Made by a program: the position numbers and the translations under genes. DNA of 62,442 bases, counting the filler. It is 7 parts of 7 records of this genome, joined end to end, with 100 filler letters (N's around TTAATTAATTAA, not from the genome) between each part and the next. Parts side by side here need not be neighbours in the genome. Positions count along the whole stretch, not along the records: positions 54,130 to 62,442 come from SRR20825006_2238; 6 more parts are not named here. The stretch is one strand, 5' to 3'. Of this stretch, positions 58,401 to 62,442 are shown piece by piece (within the stretch, counting starts at the first letter, position 1; each line of letters begins with the position of its first letter). The notes beneath the pieces are model-generated. The model ran no database searches and was not told the origin of the DNA. It worked only from the letters and a program-made list of their open reading frames with translations.

Positions 58401-58824
58401 CTGCTATAGCTGCTACGTCTGACTTAACCTTAGAGCGCCAGTCTTTCTTAGCACTAAATGCAAACGCTCGTCGTTCTCCAGCCCTACTATTTTGAGGAAC
58501 GAACCAGCGATCAGATATCTCCTCAGACACCGGATAGGTTTCCGCATCTGTCTTGCCATCTCCGCCACCCACTGGACCGGTTTGCGGGCGAAGATTAGGA
58601 GAGATAAACTTTTCACACAGCCGTTGAGCGAAGAACTCAAAGGAAGTCTCCCCCTTCTGGTTTGTTAGTGTCTCAAGGTGATAAGACAACAATTCACGGG
58701 ATACTTCGTATTCTAGCGAGGGAACAGAGTCAGAGAAGAGATCGGGGTGGCGTTCTCTCATAAACTTCGATGGAGAGTATTTGCTTATCTCAGTCTCACT
58801 ACCTTGAATTGGCGTATTGTCCAC
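55498..58824 (-). CDS. Large hypothetical protein: N-terminal restriction-endonuclease-like domain plus helical/TPR-like region (ORF track extends to 58887)
   Basis: FEFFAQRL..GGGDGKTD..AFSAKKDW..KVKSD..IYFVTNQ..ILDRTWL; AT-rich relative to flanks; GTG 58824 preceded by GGGGTG. Confidence 0.7.
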   Translation of the reverse strand: MDNTPIQGSETEISKYSPSKFMRERHPDLFSDSVPSLEYEVSRELLSYHLETLTNQKGETSFEFFAQRLCEKFISPNLRPQTGPVGGGDGKTDAETYPVSEEISDRWFVPQNSRAGERRAFAFSAKKDWRSKVKSDVAAIAGTERDYNHIYFVTNQFVPAKKTAELQDSLLKKHGIPVTILDRTWLLDRVLNHDSMDIAVDELGVGKGTEKAAKNLGPSDAARKAEMEALEASISNGANYQGQPVALVEGTRHVALLARGLEYPIEEVNGLFERARRLARKHNFKKLELVITYEWAWTAHFWHEDHELTSDLYDDVAELALGSGDADDLECLSNLLPLVRMSVRTGLLDVKRANLDERTSVLKDALSALSLQTHRPNNALHCEALLLLTRVSEKGVEHRNDPLADIWIQFADVINRADGLATFPFTSIAEALIQIGEFIADSEEFDILFENVTNALATRISESEAAKRSVQRGHQKLTRGLPLDAIRWFGRAVALLLKEENEDDLVDALLGAGVAFEEVGLPWASRNYTLAALSIQFRGFTSSGLLRFVQPMTLSRYFDVEFRLGRLPQILSAYELEMMVLALLARNDAQTRRVEQIHQAHMMKIASLLLHLPPDTLDAIAKLPDSLQRISLPMARSALLYLMGHEKTLREEGVIPSEETSEAVDDFMREVYHFGEVACDSSEFELGTGATVALSSVVLGCKVTLECDNNLVSIGIGEAILGSLEALLATSLDHKILPIVDHLQIRVEVFEECGMTPVIEFYDLDGDPTGKITHRAAMEYENRDDLLSFPAWLNEAVFNIFIQFAAPQDIEGWAKALFEEERALDRAFSFSQIPMMLAHIHGENADLSLSPWINSDDLAYAVERIDPLYTHPDSSASQRFSDIEKGDDLASEDMRRSARSKHSSTRWISPINTKTWDKAKWSATLFMWSPDDDAPPPVLGIAFANIAKGRDIFKSWRKRYGDDDTTDDLNITIVRGISKNNPAAYAVKISQNPDNIRFEKDDYVGLVSRINRMFPQTTQNLDGFLNQFQNCGRYLLIPAHLPTLTSTPKPLLDLAIGKHKIDVMEAWEIGPNSLESVVLDLDELPLIPEDQPDAPVIETLEWLRKLRR

Positions 58825-59006
58825 CTTCACCCCACGAAAAAAATTCGACTTAAAATAGAGAAAAAATATTACCGTATTTCGCGCCAAGGTTAAACTTAAT
58901 CAGTCAATTCAGGTAACCCAAAACACTAGTTTCGGCGCTCCGTATGGCAGCACCGAGAGTTGAAACAACAACCTCGAAGAAAATTCTACATCATTTGGGA
59001 AATCAA

Positions 59007-59037
59007 AAAGGCAACGCCGTTTGCAGACGTTGCCTTT
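59007..59037 (-). terminator. Terminator for the hydA-remnant transcript
   Basis: AAAGGCAACG...CGTTGCCTTT inverted repeat; T tract on the - strand. Confidence 0.65.
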
Positions 59038-59058
59038 GTCTTTACTAAGCGTGGCGCG

Positions 59059-59085
59059 AGATTCCCGCCTGCGCGGGAATGACGG
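59059..59085 (-). repeat. CGTC-type REP-like palindrome (single copy)
   Basis: Minus strand CCGTCATTCCCGCGCAGGCGGGAATCT; contains ATTCCC-N8-GGGAAT. Confidence 0.65.
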
Positions 59086-59116
59086 TGTGGGATGGCGGCA
59101 GGTTGTGCCGGTCTGA

Positions 59117-59430
59117 TCAGACCGGCACTAGGGTCACCAAGTTCGACTTCTGCCGTGGCAGGTATTTGCCATCGCCCTTTTGGCCGGTGACTTCGCCGTC
59201 TTTCACCACGATTTTGCCGAGCACGATGGTGTGGACGGGCCAGCCTTTGACTTCGAGGCCTTCATAGGGGCTGTAGTCGCAGCCCTGTTGCAGGATGTCG
59301 TTGGTGATGGTGACGTTTTTTTTGGGGGATCCAAAAGCGCGAGGTCTGCGTCGGAGCCAATCGCGATTGCTCCCTTTTGCGGGTACATGCCGTACAGTTT
59401 GGCGTGATTGTTGGATGTGAGGGCGACAAG
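59117..59430 (-). pseudogene. Dihydropyrimidinase/hydantoinase 3' remnant with frameshift
   Basis: LVALTSNNHAKLYGMYPQKGAIAIGSDAD in one frame, DYSPYEGLEVKGWPV in another; shift at the C5A8 run; N-terminal majority missing. Confidence 0.85.
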
Positions 59431-59510
59431 TGGTTGAGGTCTGTACGCCCCTTTTGCACGCCCTCCTAAAGCAGGACCGGCAGGTGTCCTGAAATGCTTG
59501 TCTTTTTTCC

Positions 59511-61952
<2,442 letters not shown>

Positions 61953-62032
61953 CCGGCACGGGATATGTTGACAGGGCATCCGGAACGAACGAGAAATCAG
62001 GCATTGTTCCTTACGCAAACAAAGGCCCGACC

Positions 62033-62341
62033 ATGATCCGTCATATCGTTCTGTTCAAAGTACAATCGACCGTCGAACAAACCACCATTGATGCCCTGTT
62101 TACCAAGCTTGCCGATCTTGGCAGTGCTATCCCCGGCATGCGGGGATTTGACGGCGGCGTTTCAGTCAGCCCGGAAGGCCTTGAGCAAGGTTTTGCGCAT
62201 GGTTTTTCAATCGATTTCGATGACGAAGCCGCACGCGACGCCTATCTTGAACACCCGACCCACAAAGAACTGGGTGGCCAGCTGGTCGGGTTGCTTGAAG
62301 GCGGCATTAGCGGGTTGGTGGTGTTTGATTTGGCGATGTGA
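62033..62341 (+). CDS. Dabb family (stress-responsive A/B barrel) protein
   Basis: MIRHIVLFK, IPG, SPEGL.QGF.HGF, RDAYL.HP.H. Confidence 0.9.
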   Translation: MIRHIVLFKVQSTVEQTTIDALFTKLADLGSAIPGMRGFDGGVSVSPEGLEQGFAHGFSIDFDDEAARDAYLEHPTHKELGGQLVGLLEGGISGLVVFDLAM

Positions 62342-62381
62342 TCCGACACGCCTTATGCGCAGCCATTCCCTTTAGACACAC

Positions 62382-62408
62382 AAAACCCCGCACGGTGAAC
62401 CGGCGGGG
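62382..62408 (-). terminator. Hairpin between Dabb gene and tRNA
   Basis: AAAACCCCGC...GCGGGG stem; T run on the - strand downstream of the tRNA. Confidence 0.55.
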
Positions 62409-62414
62409 CGGGAA

Positions 62415-62442
62415 TGGTGGGCCTAACAAGACTCGAACTTGT
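62415..62442 (-). tRNA. tRNA 3' end (probably tRNA-Ile), cut by window edge
   Basis: Minus strand ACAAG-TTCGAGT-CTTGT-TAGGCCC-A-CCA: T-arm, acceptor strand and CCA; anticodon not visible. Confidence 0.8.

Noticed and set aside
58549-58578. GPVGGGDGKT as a Walker A motif in the large protein
   Set aside because: Spacing does not fit GxxxxGK[ST] and no Walker B follows; fits the GDGxxD nuclease motif better.
59316-59328. Programmed -1 frameshift at A AAA AAA in the hydantoinase remnant
   Set aside because: A -1 slip would rejoin the frames, but the gene lacks its start and most of its body, so decay or a homopolymer error is simpler.

Overview
This window is not one locus. It is seven contigs joined by six artificial 100-nt spacers (44 N + TTAATTAATTAA + 44 N), and the contigs appear to come from different organisms. 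(1) 1-14135: roseobacter-type housekeeping region (glnA 3' end, RTX-like gene with a premature stop, lytic transglycosylase, bioY, purB, fliG-like, lipid A acyltransferase, acnA 5' end). (2) 14236-27343: mobile-element fragment with a XerD-like recombinase, an RHH gene plus trbBCDEJLFGI mating-pair module lacking a coupling protein, relaxase and trbK, and an AbiEi/AbiEii type IV toxin-antitoxin pair with twin operators. (3) 27444-33079: compositionally distinct, possibly Verrucomicrobia-like contig with an AsmA-like protein, an ABC/AAA_21 ATPase, a TOPRIM-like partner and a DUF2339-like membrane protein. (4) 33180-41714: hpf, ptsN and a sulfotransferase/glycosyltransferase/galE/galU cluster. 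(5) 41815-47243: acyl-CoA dehydrogenase, MBL hydrolase, cytochrome oxidase subunit IV, azlCD, fdhD, mobA. (6) 47344-54029: glpK 3' end, GGDEF protein, SLC5-histidine kinase and an odd XRE/ScfR-receiver fusion. (7) 54130-62442: ydiJ-like 3' end, Xre-RES toxin-antitoxin pair bracketed by a diverged duplicate of the ydiJ tail, an AT-rich ~1100-aa putative PD-(D/E)xK nuclease/helical-repeat gene (best candidate for an undescribed defence system), a dihydropyrimidinase remnant, dgdR-dgdA, a Dabb gene and a tRNA 3' end. All family calls come from motif recognition by eye; no database search was run.
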